Assembly: GCA_027923505.1 (NCBI GenBank)
Contig: BROI01000025.1
Location: 186,001-250,000, forward strand
DNA: 64,000 nt
Source: Mayamaea pseudoterrestris
Lineage: Eukaryota
Direction: 5' to 3'
In this document: one piece after another, positions 35,101-46,994 of the stretch
Position numbering within the stretch: the stretch's first letter is position 1
Layout of the letters: every line of letters starts with the position of its first letter
The notes under the pieces: model-generated
Database searches by the model: none
Seen by the model: only the letters and a program-made list of their open reading frames with translations
What the model was told of the DNA's origin: nothing
Made by a program: the position numbers and the translations under genes

Positions 35101-35520
35101 GTAGCGGATCCACGAGCGTCAAGGACGACACGCCCGCCAAAATACAATTCTTGCCCACCTCCACGCCCAAGCCGCTCACTCCCACCAGCAATACCGAACT
35201 CGCCATCATGCGGCGCTGCGCCTCGTGGCCCATGACGTAGAGCTGGCGCGAGTAGAGCTTCTCGTCGACTGATAATATATATAATTACAATATTGATAGA
35301 GAATGATGAAAATAGAAAGAGGAGAGTGGAACACAATGGATATCGAGTGAGTACATGAGCTACAATACAAAGCAGGCGGCGAGCAGTTCAATCAAGCAGC
35401 GGAACCGCAGCATGTCATGCTCCTCCTCTCCGATATCTCCATATATTGTAATGCTCCTTTGTCCGTACCTTCAGCTGCGGCAGTGGTAGTATCCATGGCG
35501 GCGACATCGTTTCCAGTCAT
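32159..35520 (-). CDS. UBA1: Ubiquitin-activating enzyme E1 (2 exons)
   Basis: Exon 1 (35520-35469) and exon 2 (from 35268) give VDEKLYSRQLYVMG. Also GAGAIGCEMLKN, SNLSRQFLFR, catalytic IPVCTLKNFP, AGRIIPAIATTT and a C-terminal UFD. Confidence 0.98.
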
Positions 35521-35848
35521 TTTTGCGTATTTGTTGTTGAATCAAACTGCTCTGCTATCTGAAAAATCCTAGTTTCTCTCTTCGTTTCCTATCTCCCTCT
35601 ATCGCAAGATATTAGGCTTGGCTATATAGAAATGATTTGTAGCTGCAAGAACGAGAGCGTTTTGGATTTGGATTTTTGTTGAGTGATGCGTCGGCCTTCG
35701 TGGAGCATCGTTGGAGCCGCTCATTTTTGCAGGGTCATAGTGGGACTGACAATTTCTCCGAAACGTGCTGCGACATTCAGACTCTCCGCGTGGAGGTGAA
35801 AACGGACAATGGCGTGTTTGTTCGCCCATCATTCGTTGAACCACGACC

Positions 35849-37963
35849 ATGACGAAAATACTTGTTTTTTCGCTCATTTTGGGCGTCGTGGCAGCGAGAC
35901 CCGTTGTGAGAAACATTCGATCCGCTCATGGTGCGTCGAGACGATTAAAAATATAGATATAATTGCTGTCTCGAGCAAGGGAAATGCCAATGCCTTTCAC
36001 TTTTGCACTTCATGACTCAGAACTCATCTCATGATTGTTCTATATATTTTATACAGAATTCGATCGCTTACTCGACAAGCATAGTTTAGAAACTGGACTA
36101 CCCGTCATTGTCGACTTTTACAGCGACTCGTGCGGACCATGCCGCATGATGGCTCCCATTTTCAAAAAGGTGGCAGCCGAATTCACAAACCAAGCGGTCT
36201 TTGTCAAGGTGGACACCAACGCGCAGTACGAAATCAGTGCGCGCTACCAAGTTCGGAGTCTTCCAACGTTTGCCTACTTTTTGCATGGTAAGGTGACGCA
36301 TCAAGCGCTGGGAGGCATTGGGGAGCAAGCGTTGCGGCAGCAGGCGCGTGATATTGTGAATCAAGCTGATTTGGAAAATACATTACTGAGTTTGGAAGCA
36401 TTGACGGAATACTATCAAGCAGTGGAACCAAGCAAGACCGAGTCTGATGTGAAAGCGGTGCACAAAAAGTGCGTCGACATGAACAAAAAGGCAAACCAGT
36501 GCGTGGGAAATGCTGCCAATACTTTGGCGCGAAAGTTGCGACAAAAGTACAAGCAAGCACCAAAACTGACGCCTCGCTTCACCGAAGCGAATCGCAAGAG
36601 TAGTTCCGATAGCAAGGAGAGTAATAGCAGCAGCAGTGGATCGTCAGAGTCAAAATCGTCATCCAGCAGCAAGTCATCTGCTGCACCAACTATGTTACAA
36701 TCCGCATCACTTCAAGACTTGCAGCGCGAACTGGAGCGCCGGCTTGACCAAATGCGCGACGAGCAAGTGGAGCAGGAGGATGTCGACGAGGATGAAGCCG
36801 ACGCTGACTTTCGTCCGTGGGAGCCATCGGGGTTTCCGGAGCGCATGGTAGTCATTGGAGGTGGACCGGCGGGCTTGTCGGCGGCCATTTACGGAGCGCG
36901 GGCTGGTTTGTCGCCACTCGTCATTGCGCCAAGCATGGGAGGGCAGTTGCAAGGTAAGGGAGTTGACGTCGAGAATTATCCGGGACTTCACAACATGACG
37001 GGACCAGGCGTGGTGAGCAGCATGCGCAAGCAAGCAGCACACTTTGGTGCCGTCTTTGAGGACGATTTTGTTGTTTCCATTGATGCGAGCGTGAGGCCAT
37101 TTAAAATAACGACGAATGCAACTGGAGCTATTGAGACGCATACCATTGTGGTGGCAACGGGCGCCGAGGCCAACTGGCTTGGCGTCAAGGGAGAATGGGA
37201 GTTGCGTGGTGGCGGAGTGTCTAGTTGCGCCGTCTGCGACGGCTTTTTGTTTTCCGGCAAGGATGTCGTCGTGGTAGGAGGAGGTGACGCGGCCATGGAG
37301 GATGCTTTGGTGCTGGCGCGAACGAGCAAGAGTGTGACGCTGGTGCATCGACGAGACAAGTTTAGAGCTTCCAAGGTACTAGCCGATCGAGTCATGGCCC
37401 ATCCTCTCATTACTGTTGCCTGGAACAAGGTTGTTTCTGAAATTGTTGGCAAGCCTGTCGAAAGACCAGGCGACGATGCCGGCCATCAAGATTTGGATTC
37501 AGAATCGTTAATCGTGTCAAAAGTACTACTAAGAGACACGCTGACGGGAGACGAGAGCTCGTTGAATGTCGACGCTGTATTTGTTGCCATTGGCCATACG
37601 CCAACTACTCAATTTTTGGAAGGCGTTGTCGAGTTTGACAGTGAACATGCTGGCTACGTATCGGTGAGAGGAGGCAGTACTCAAACGTCTGTTCCTGGAA
37701 TTTTTGCTGCCGGCGATGTCGCTGATTCCATCTACCGACAAGCAATTACGAGTGCTGGAAGTGGAGCAGCCGCGGCGCTGGATGCAGAACGCTATCTATC
37801 GGAGAATGGTCTTGGAAATGAAGCAGCAGAGTTTGAAGCGGAGCTGCTGGCGGAATTGAGTAACGGTGGCGAAGGCGCTTTATCAAGAGCAAGCTACAAT
37901 GCATACGAGGATCTTGGTGGACGCATGGAAGGCATGAAGGAGACTGTAGCATCTGAACTGTAA
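35849..37963 (+). CDS. Signal-peptide thioredoxin / low-MW (TrxB-type) thioredoxin reductase fusion (2 exons)
   Basis: Exon 1 (35849-35930, MTKILVFSLILGVVAARPVVRNIRSAH) is in frame with exon 2 from 36057. Trx motif VDFYSDSCGPC. TrxR motifs GGGPAG, VENYPG, VSSCAVCDG, GGGDAAMED, VHRRDKFRAS, FAAGDV and YRQAITSAGSG. Ends ASEL. Confidence 0.93.
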
Positions 37964-38292
37964 CGTCTAGTCATGTTTCTGGCGTTCCTTCATTCTATGC
38001 TGTCATGGCGACTACCAATAGTTGGCCATGGCTGCAGTATACAATCAATTACCTTCGTTGATTGCGTGCGTATTAAATCCGACGCGACTCGCAATTTAAA
38101 CACTTCCACAGGCAACATTAGCATAAAAAACGGTACCAGCGCGTTCGTGATACTGCTGGTAGCTCGGTTCCGCTACGAAGTTGAAGTAACTGTAAGTTCG
38201 ATGGATGCTGGCGACGTATGAGCTGACCGTCCATTGACATAACCCCGCTTGCGCTAGATTCACTAACTTTTCTTCTTAAGACAAGTACTTGA

Positions 38293-39192
38293 TTACGATA
38301 AAGATTTGTATCCCTGATGGAGTGCAACGATACCGCCAGTCAGATTCTCGTAGCTCGTCTCTTCCATGCCAGCCTGTTGCATGCGAAATCGCAGCGCGTC
38401 TTGATTAGGCATTTGTCTAATACTCTCCACAAGATATTGATAAGACGCCCTGTCATTGGCCACTAATTCTCCCAAAGTAGGCAATAGATGAAATGAGTAA
38501 ATGTCATATACTTGTCGCAGTAGTGGATTCGAAATGTTGGGAGTAAACTCGAGACAGAAGAAGCGCCCGCCAGGTTTTAGTATTCGATTCGCTTCACGCA
38601 AGGCTGCATCCATGTCTGTCACGTTACGAAGCCCAAACGCAATCGTATAAAGGTCAAACGAGTCATCAGCAAACTGATCAAGTTCCTGTGCATTCCCTTG
38701 AACAAACTGCAGCTTTTGACTGTCTAGAATGGCGCTTCCATACTTGTCAATCGCGCGGCGTTGTCCAACGCGAAGCATCTCCTTGTTAATGTCGCATACA
38801 ATCACCTGAACCTTTGCCGTTGGATCCTTATCCAAATTAGCTGCTTGCATGAATCGAAAGGCAACATCACCAGTCCCTCCGGCGACGTCTAGTATCTTGT
38901 AGTCGTCACAGTGTTCTCCAGTTTTCGCAAGGACTGCGGCAATATCTTTGACATGCGAAACATCCAACAGGTAGTCCTTCCAATAGCGATGAATTCCACC
39001 TGACATGACGTCGTTCATGATATCATAATTGTCGGCAACCTTTTCGAAAACGTCGCGCACGCGCTCCTGCTTTTCGTGGATCAATACTTGCTCAAAGCCA
39101 AAGTGTGTCGTCGTGTCGGCTGCCGAGAGGCAGCGACGGATGAATTGTTTGCGAAACACTCTTGCAATGGTTGATCCTGCTACTTGCATCAT
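38293..39192 (-). CDS. COQ5: 2-methoxy-6-polyprenyl-1,4-benzoquinol methylase, mitochondrial
   Basis: THFGF, VADNYDIMNDVMSGGIHRYWKD, LDVAGGTGDVAFR, YTIAFGLRNVT, SYQYLVESIR. Confidence 0.96.
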   Translation of the reverse strand: MMQVAGSTIARVFRKQFIRRCLSAADTTTHFGFEQVLIHEKQERVRDVFEKVADNYDIMNDVMSGGIHRYWKDYLLDVSHVKDIAAVLAKTGEHCDDYKILDVAGGTGDVAFRFMQAANLDKDPTAKVQVIVCDINKEMLRVGQRRAIDKYGSAILDSQKLQFVQGNAQELDQFADDSFDLYTIAFGLRNVTDMDAALREANRILKPGGRFFCLEFTPNISNPLLRQVYDIYSFHLLPTLGELVANDRASYQYLVESIRQMPNQDALRFRMQQAGMEETSYENLTGGIVALHQGYKSLS

Positions 39193-39618
39193 ATGGCTGC
39201 GGAAAAGTTGTGGAGGCTGTGCTCGGCTTTGATTCGCCTTGCCGATAACAGTAGTCGTACCGGTACTACTTTATGCAGCGCGGTACCGATACGACATTCC
39301 ACGACAGAATGCTGCCCGAGCAGAATCACCATGGTGCTCATTCTTTCGCAGGAAGCAAAACCTCTGACTCACTACTGTGGCGCCAAAGATTGCCTTGCAT
39401 GTACCGGTAGGCGATAGTCTGCTTTCAGTATAGCAGAAGCAAAAGACGTGACTTGTGAGTTGTTGTGGCTGCCGTCGGAACGAGGTGCGACGAGATCTAT
39501 TTGCGAGGATTGAGGAGCGATCATTGCAAGATATCAAACTTTGCAATCCGGTGAGAAGAGATTTTGCGTCATCAAAGCAAGGGAACTACTTTTTCAGACA
39601 AGAATTCCGTGCGTTCAA

Positions 39619-40534
39619 ATGTCGCAAACAAACTCATTGCTACGACTTTTGCAAGCGGCTATCGATGGAAACGCTGCGGCCACCGGGATTACTTTTTCAA
39701 GCGTGGACGATGACACTGTCATCGGTAAAAGTATCAATGACGATCAAGACGACGATTCATCCATTAGTCGCGCATTCTACGTACTCTTTTTCATTGCAAG
39801 CACCTTTATCTGCGTCGTCGTACCGATAGGCTGTGGCTACATTCACTACTGTAAAAGGCAGCAACCCGTTCAGCCGACTACTACTGATCCGTTGGAGCAG
39901 CAGCGACGCCAACAAGCAAAAGCTGACGCTGCGGAACGACTTGTCAAACTGACGGAACAGTTGAGACGTAGTGATTTGCAGACGGTGAGTGGAAACATCA
40001 TGTATTTGTCGAGTATGACCTTGCACGCCAATTTTCAATCTACCGGCATCCTTAATATTCTCCTTTTTCTCATAGATTTTAACAGCCCAAGATTTGGAAT
40101 GCCATGCAAATGACGACGAGGAGATGGGCAGACTTGCCGAGTTTTGCTCGGCCGAGTCGGATGAGTCGAGCCCTGACAACGATGCAAATACGCAGCACGT
40201 TGAGCCTTCAAACGACAGGAGTATCACTAGCACAGATATGGACGTGGAGCTCGCGGCTGCTTTTCAACGCGTTGCATCAGAAGACAAGACGAGCAGCAAT
40301 GACTACTCGACACATTGTCTCGTTCGGTTGACGCCGACACGAACCGCTTCGAATGTTTGCGCCATTTGTCTGAGCGACTATCAACAGGGCGACGCGGTGG
40401 TTTGGTCGAGCAATCAAAACTGCAGGCATGCCTTTCACGTTGATTGCATGCTCGACTGGCTCGTCAAAATACCCGGTGGTGCAGCAGCGCTTTGTCCGTG
40501 CTGCCGGCAAGTGTTTGTTGACATCAAGTCGTAA
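39619..40534 (+). CDS. Transmembrane RING-H2 E3 ubiquitin ligase (ATL-like), 2 exons
   Basis: TM AFYVLFFIASTFICVVVPIGCGYI. Intron 39985-40075 is in frame. RING-H2 CAICLSDY..CRHAFHVDCMLDWL..CPCCRQ. Confidence 0.88.
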
Positions 40535-40595
40535 CTGATACACGACAGGGACCTCATTGAACGGTTATCTGTAGAAAGTTCTATTTATACAGTAT

Positions 40596-41672
40596 CTATA
40601 TGTCAAGATCATCGTCTGGATCTTCCTCGTCGTAATCATCAAACTCTGGGTCGTCATCGTCCATGTAGATGCGAGGTTGTGGCGTGCTGGTTTCCGCGTC
40701 CGGTACACTTCGCTTTTCATTATTTGCAGCAACATCTTCCTCCAAGCAAAGTTCAATCTTTGGTCTCGCTGCTTTGGATTTTTGCTTTGACTTGGTTTGC
40801 TGAGTATCACTCTTACTTACCGCAACTGATTCAGCCTGCTTGCTTTTGCCGCTTTGACTGGATGCTAACATTTCGATAGCTCGCTGCCCACTGGAGTCCG
40901 TGACAATTTCAAACGCCAAGGTCTCCCGCACCACATTGTCTCGCTCCCGCACTCCCTGGCGCAGCAGCGTGACGTCGCCATGTTCAACGCTCAAAATGGC
41001 TTGCGCCGTGTGCTCCAACCACAAGTGGTCGCTGGGCGAAAGTGTTTCGCGATTGACGGGAACGACAATCGTGGTTAAGCTCTGAATCCGTTGCAGTCGC
41101 TGGAGGAAGCGAATCGTCTGATCAATGCCATGTATTTGTAGTATGGGAGTGAGTGGGTCAATCACCAAGCTGCTGCTGCAAGGTGTATTGGACGATTCTT
41201 CGAGTGTCTTTACGCGAGATTCAATGGCGGAGACAATCGAGTTGAGATCTTGCAAATTCAAACTGTCTGCGGAATCAGAACCTTGTTCCTCGTTCAACCA
41301 GCCGAATAAATCATTTGCAGTCGCATCAATGACGTGAACATTCAAAGATTGTTGCTGCATCCAAGTACTTGATCGTCGAGGACTTGTTTTCAATATGAAT
41401 ACATTAGAGTTTTGTTCCACCAACAGTTGCGTCATGTACTTGGTCCAAAGCACTCCACCCTCCAAGTCTCTCCGCGCATTCTCCGACGGCGTGCGCAACC
41501 CGGCGCGCCGATAGACTGTCTCGTCCGCTTGTTCGGCCGCTTGCATGCGCAACGACGCGGCAAGCGAATGCTGCAGCAAGATTGTGTATGGACGAGACGG
41601 TTCATCGTCAGTGGCTTTGGCATGTTGAGTCTGGAGCTTTCGAAAGAGCAGCTCCAAAGCGTTGACGCTCAT
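40596..41672 (-). CDS. ELP5: Elongator complex subunit 5-like
   Basis: RecA-like core (DLFGW, LVIDPLTPIL, LEHTAQAILSV) and the diagnostic C-terminus PRIYMDDDDPEFDDYDEEDPDDDLDI. Confidence 0.8.
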   Translation of the reverse strand: MSVNALELLFRKLQTQHAKATDDEPSRPYTILLQHSLAASLRMQAAEQADETVYRRAGLRTPSENARRDLEGGVLWTKYMTQLLVEQNSNVFILKTSPRRSSTWMQQQSLNVHVIDATANDLFGWLNEEQGSDSADSLNLQDLNSIVSAIESRVKTLEESSNTPCSSSLVIDPLTPILQIHGIDQTIRFLQRLQRIQSLTTIVVPVNRETLSPSDHLWLEHTAQAILSVEHGDVTLLRQGVRERDNVVRETLAFEIVTDSSGQRAIEMLASSQSGKSKQAESVAVSKSDTQQTKSKQKSKAARPKIELCLEEDVAANNEKRSVPDAETSTPQPRIYMDDDDPEFDDYDEEDPDDDLDI

Positions 41673-41804
41673 GATGGTAATATATATTCTGATATTGAAT
41701 GGTTGTGTGCGATGTATGATGTTGCTTGGCGCGCAAGTGGGTCTACTGTTTGCGTAGTCAATGTGGTGCACCCATGGTCGCGATCGGATGGGCGGAGGAT
41801 GTTG

Positions 41805-41846
41805 CCAAAACCGGAACGACATCACCATCCAAAACCGGAACGACAT
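41805..41846. repeat. 18-bp direct repeat (CCAAAACCGGAACGACAT x2, 24-bp period) in the divergent ELP5/GT61 promoter region
   Basis: Copies at 41805-41822 and 41829-41846. Confidence 0.85.
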
Positions 41847-42052
41847 GGACGTTTCACATCATCAATGATGGCATGATGTTTGATCATTGATCCATGGTAT
41901 GCTCGCAAACATCACAGAGATCTACATGTATAGCGTATGGTTCAGGGATAAAAAGGGTGGAGCTTTGACATTAAAAAGATCGCATTTCTCACTGCGATCG
42001 CTTCCCTTTTGTCCCGCAGAGACCTGAACGATCACTCAGGACTTGCGCGCAT

Positions 42053-43606
42053 ATGCATCCATCACCACTGCAACAACAAAACAAGAGCAAGCGACCCGCG
42101 TTTGCACTCATCGGAGGTTTATGTTTGCTGGTATTGGCGCAATTTATTTTATTTCCATTGCTGTTTGCATTTCTTGTCCATCATCCGTTGGTGTCAACTC
42201 CTACATTCTACAACTACCTTGACAGCTTTCAGAATGTACAACAACAACGATTAAAAGCAGATTTACATCAACCACCGGATGGCTCCTTCAATGGCGCTCC
42301 CATGTACTTGTCCACTGAACCACTCGTTTCCAAGGTGCACTGCGTCGGCGACAACTTTCACGCCGACGCCTGGCAGTACAAGTCGTGCCGGTTTCACAAT
42401 CTTTGCTTCGACACTTCCACCTCAAACTTTGTATTGTTTCAAGATGAACGCGAACTGCCGCTCCATGTGGCCTTGCATCGACGCCCATTCATGGCGTTTT
42501 CCAGTATTACGCAACGCAACGCCAACGAAACCAACGCGCTGTCGCTGGGAGGCTTGAACCAAAAGTGGGCCAAACAAAAGGAGCGCTTAAAGTGGTTTCC
42601 CGACATCAAAATGGATCCTCCTGAAACATACTATCGACTTTCCGACGCAGTAGTCTTGGTGCCCTTTCATTCCATGAATGGAGCCAATCCTGGTCACTTG
42701 GTGTGGGACGACTTTTTTCCAATTTACAACCTTTTGGAAATGTTTCAGCTGCAGAATCGTCAACTGTTGCTGCTGCGCCATGTTTTGAACGATGGTATGC
42801 GCGCACTCTGGGCAACCTGCGACGTACGACTGGAAAAGAAAAAGGAATGCGAGTACATGATGAACAAGTTTTTGCCGCTCATGCTGGGATTGGATTCGTC
42901 ACACAGACTGACAAGCACCAACGCCACCGAGTTTTTGCCCAATGACACTGGCAAGAGTCATTGGGTGTGCGCTCGAACAAGTGTCGCTGGCATTGGGTCC
43001 TTGACGGATCATGGCGTCAAGAAGAGTCACGGCTGGGACGAATCGGACTACGAGTTGACTCACAACTATGGACGCGGAGGAAACTTGTTTGCGTTTCGAA
43101 ACTTCATGGTCCAAAATCTAAAGTTGCCCAATCCAGTAGCACGCACGAAATCGCCGCACCGCATCGTCTTTTCCAGTCGATCGTCCGATATCCCCAGTCG
43201 CGACATTGACTTTGCAATGACCATCAATGCTTTGAAACAAGCGTTTCCGAATGACATTGTTGAAGGCTTCATTATGAAAGACCTCTCATTGCTGGAGCAA
43301 ATAGAGATTGCAACGCAAACATCCATATACATTACTGTGTGTGGTGGCGGCGCAGTCAACGCCATGTTTCTTCCCCGCGGCGCCAGCGCCATCATCTACT
43401 TCTCCGAGGACGGTGGCGTGGTGGAGAATCACCTCACCTACTTGCCGGCGCGTCTGGATTGGGACTTGTTCCAGCACATGAGTCACTTACGCGTGCATTG
43501 GATGCCACGAAATACGTTCAAACGGAACAATTCGATAGATCTACAGGCGTTGATTGACTTGGTGCGGCACGAGTTGTACGTGATGGATCGTGGATTTTTC
43601 GACTGA
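42053..43606 (+). CDS. Type II membrane glycosyltransferase, GT61/DUF563-like
   Basis: N-terminal TM; SCRFHNLC; NPGHLVWDDFFPIY; LSLLEQIEIATQTSIYITVCGGGAVNAMFLPRGASAI. Confidence 0.82.
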   Translation: MHPSPLQQQNKSKRPAFALIGGLCLLVLAQFILFPLLFAFLVHHPLVSTPTFYNYLDSFQNVQQQRLKADLHQPPDGSFNGAPMYLSTEPLVSKVHCVGDNFHADAWQYKSCRFHNLCFDTSTSNFVLFQDERELPLHVALHRRPFMAFSSITQRNANETNALSLGGLNQKWAKQKERLKWFPDIKMDPPETYYRLSDAVVLVPFHSMNGANPGHLVWDDFFPIYNLLEMFQLQNRQLLLLRHVLNDGMRALWATCDVRLEKKKECEYMMNKFLPLMLGLDSSHRLTSTNATEFLPNDTGKSHWVCARTSVAGIGSLTDHGVKKSHGWDESDYELTHNYGRGGNLFAFRNFMVQNLKLPNPVARTKSPHRIVFSSRSSDIPSRDIDFAMTINALKQAFPNDIVEGFIMKDLSLLEQIEIATQTSIYITVCGGGAVNAMFLPRGASAIIYFSEDGGVVENHLTYLPARLDWDLFQHMSHLRVHWMPRNTFKRNNSIDLQALIDLVRHELYVMDRGFFD

Positions 43607-44025
43607 CCGGAAGTACGGCTCATCGGCAGCGTCAAGAAAATCTCTCGCGTTTCGTATATTCACTTTTGAAGTGCATGCACAACGGTTTCACCAGACAAGA
43701 GTAATTGGACGAACGTATCCACTGAGATTCCCTCTCACGCTGCTGTCAAGGGGCACTTGACTAGGATGTCAGCACTTTTCGTTTTACAGTAAGTATGGTC
43801 TCCTTTTACAAAAGCTTTATTCTGGTATTGTTGACATTAGTTTTGAAGGTAAGCACGATGACCATATGCCTTTAGCGTTCTAAAATTCCATAAAACAGCA
43901 ACCGTGAGATGCCAATATTTTTGGCGCCTCCTATTTTGGCTGCGGTCGTTTGGAGATGAGTGGCTTACGAGATGACAAATATTTGTTTAACACCTCATCC
44001 ATTATACAAAAATTTTATATGCGTC

Positions 44026-45897
44026 TCACATTGTATGTGCACTCCTCCGCTCGCTTGTCGACTCCATGCTCAAAACCATTGGATCAACGCGCAGCATCCG
44101 ATACACCACGCTCAAATCGCAATGCGCGGCCCGATAGATGGGCAGCTCGTCGTTCCAAACATCGTTAGTGCTACAAGGCTCCACGCCAGCTCTTGGGTAT
44201 ACATCAAGCAATCGTTCAACGACAGAAACGTGCGCATTCGAATCTAGTGCAATGTGAAGCGCAAGTCGGTTCGTTTGGCCTTCTCCGACAGAGGCAGATT
44301 CTTGTGACACTAGAAAATTATTTACAAAATCAAAGAGCCTGGGATCTTCGTCTGATGTGCATCGAGTGAGGGCGATATGCAAAGGCAATCGACCAAGCTC
44401 GTCCTGCCGTTGAGCACCACCGTACGTGTCGTAAACGTGTTGCACAACCTGGTAGCTTGCTCCCGACTGCAAGGCCGCGTGCAAAGGTAGAAATGGGCGG
44501 CTATGATGCACTACAAGGCGCCACTTGTGCTTGGAACGCTTGCGCCCACTAGGGTCCAAGGTTGAGCTCTTCCGCTTCTTTAGATTGTCGTCAGTGTTAG
44601 GGCTGGAGTTGGCCTTGGCGCAAGTATTTACGCTTGGCGCAGGAAGGTCAAATGATGGCAGTTGACTCGGTGATATAACTTTCGTCGATCTTGGCAAAGA
44701 CATCGAGGGACTATCTCTTGAATTTGATCCCTCCGAACTTGAACCCAAGTCTGCAGTGTCCATGACATTCTCATCATCCAAAAAGTGTATCGCAGGGACC
44801 ACTCGCCCTCGCAACAATGCGCAGTTTGCAAAGTTCCCCACTGCGCCTCGCAGCAGCAGCTCCATGATCTCCTGCGATCCCCACTCCCAATCCTGTGGAG
44901 TTGCCGACCTGAGCACGTGTTGCGCTCCCGCAGGATAGGCTTGCATTATGTAGCAGAGCAAATCCATGTTGGCGCTGCGCACGGCAGGAAACAGCGGAAT
45001 CTCGGATTGCAAGTTGGCCGTCAATAGCCCTCGCGGATACTGCTCCACCAAGAAGCGGGCCATTTCGTACTGGCCTTCCCGCGCGCAGTCATGCAGCGGC
45101 AGTGACCCGTCCCAGTCCAACGCTCGCACGCTCCGTGGATGCACCTGCATTAGCTCACGGGCAATGGCAACGTGTCCCCATCGCGCCGCAAAGTGCAGCG
45201 GTAGCTTGCCCTTGGCGCTCACCATGCGCGCTCCTTCGGGATATACTTTCAGCAAGGCTTGGACAATTTCCACGTGGCCATCGCCGCTAGCAAAATGCAA
45301 GGCCAGCTTGTTTTTGCTGGACGACAAGGATGCCGTGCGAGGATCTGCCTTGAGGAACCAAAGCACCATGTCAGTTCGTCCCTCGCCTGCACAAAAGTAA
45401 ATGGAATACAAAAGTTAGCTTCATAGTTTGATTTAGTGCAAAGAGCAATGATGCTTGATACTCACGTGCAGCGTAGTGGAGAGGAATCTTGCCCTTGACA
45501 TTCGGCGTGCTCGCAGCCTGAGGATACTAAGGAGAGCACAAAGGGGTGCACGCGTCAGATACATATAGCTATCAAATACCTCGATCTTCCTCCGCTCTCC
45601 TAACCTCTCTACACACTAACGTACATGCTTCCAAATGAGCTCGGCAACTGCTACATTGCCAAAGGATGCCGCAAAATGAAGAGGCAATGAACCGTCGTGA
45701 CTGCTTGGAATGGCCGCAACATGCGAATTGGCAAGCAAAAACGTTTGCAAGACTGTCAATAGGTCAAACGGCGGAGACGCCGCATGGCTGCTGCTAATTG
45801 TCGCGTCGTCACCCGTAATGACTTGCAAAGCTTGCTCGACACGCTCCTGATCCTGCGACAAGTAACCATCAAAGAGCAACAGAAGCGGCGATGACAT
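44026..45897 (-). CDS. Ankyrin-repeat protein (3 exons)
   Basis: Repeats GSLPLHFAA, GKIPLHYAA, KLALHFAS, GKLPLHFAA, GSLPLHDCA and GRLPLHIAL. Exons 45897-45625, 45526-45466 and 45386-44026 are in frame. NLS-like KKRK..RKRSK. Confidence 0.9.
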
Positions 45898-46994
45898 GAT
45901 GATAGATTAATATGAAAATGACTACTTTTCTCTTCGTTCCAGACCAAACTTTTCGACTCGCTTTACTGCAGCAATGAAAGGTCAGCAAGCCACTGTCAAT
46001 GCAACCAACCGCCGGCAGTTCGTAAGCAACAGCCAAGCGTTCGCACTTCGCACTTGCTCAAACAAAGCAACTAATGGAATGGCACGCGAATAAAAGCGTA
46101 TTGAAAGTAATTTGCTTGAAAAGAGTCTGTCCAACCGAAAAAACACCTCCGTCTCAAGCAGAGACAGCAGCGCAAGCACTTCGTTGAATCAACTTCGCTC
46201 AGCAAGTTCAGTAGTCAAGGTGCCTTTAAACGCCACTACAATCTCCAGATCTCGACCTTTCTATTTTATTTACTGCAACGAATGCAATGGAGGAGCGTGC
46301 GCTTGGTCAACTCCGACTACCGCAACATGGTCGCTTATTATGTTGTCGTGAGGAGGAAGGCATCGACCATCATGGTGCCTCGTCGTCGTGCATAATTTGC
46401 CATGCGTTCCGACGGCGTGAATGAGTCATATTCGTCCAATCAGAATGCTTGCAATGGTCGTGTTTCGCCGCATGTCATCATCGGTGGGTGTGCTGCGGGA
46501 GACTCCGCGCAATGGCACGTGTGAAAGCGTGTCTTAGCGTTATTATTTTAGTCCTACCGGTTTTCATATTCCGAAGCTGGATGATCATCACAATGCTCGA
46601 CGACAATGAGGATCACTTGGCAGCGACTACAAAAAATGAATGATGAACGCCGAATGACGATTACAGTGCCTATCATACCCCATAAAGATCTACGAGAAAT
46701 TTGCCGTCGTTATTGTTAAAAATGACTGCAGAATCTTTGTGCTCGTCGAGTTCGAGTCTTGAGTAGCAAGAAGCAAGAAGCATCACCCTGCAAACGTGGA
46801 GAAGTTAAGTGAGAAGTGAGAAAGGTTCATCGAATTTTACTTATAACCAGCAATAATCAAGTCTACGAGAGCAGTTTGAATAAATAGGAATTGAATGCTG
46901 AATATATCGGAATACAATGAGCATACCTACCTTTGCTATTTGCTAGTGATGCATGTTTTGCTCAACCTCCGATCTTAGTGAGCACTACTGTCTA

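Noticed and set aside
36707..37452. Antisense ORFs over the thioredoxin reductase domain
   Set aside because: They lie entirely opposite a well-supported CDS and have no protein-like features.
17938..40534. Apparent ubiquitin-pathway cluster (UBL fusion, TSG101 UEV, UBA1, RING-H2)
   Set aside because: The genes are interspersed with unrelated loci over 22 kb and such genes are common, so there is no evidence of functional clustering.
45900..46990. About 1.1-kb gap without a convincing gene
   Set aside because: Only short motif-less ORFs. Probably the ankyrin gene 5' region plus the kinase 3' UTR; no ncRNA or repeat signal could be supported.
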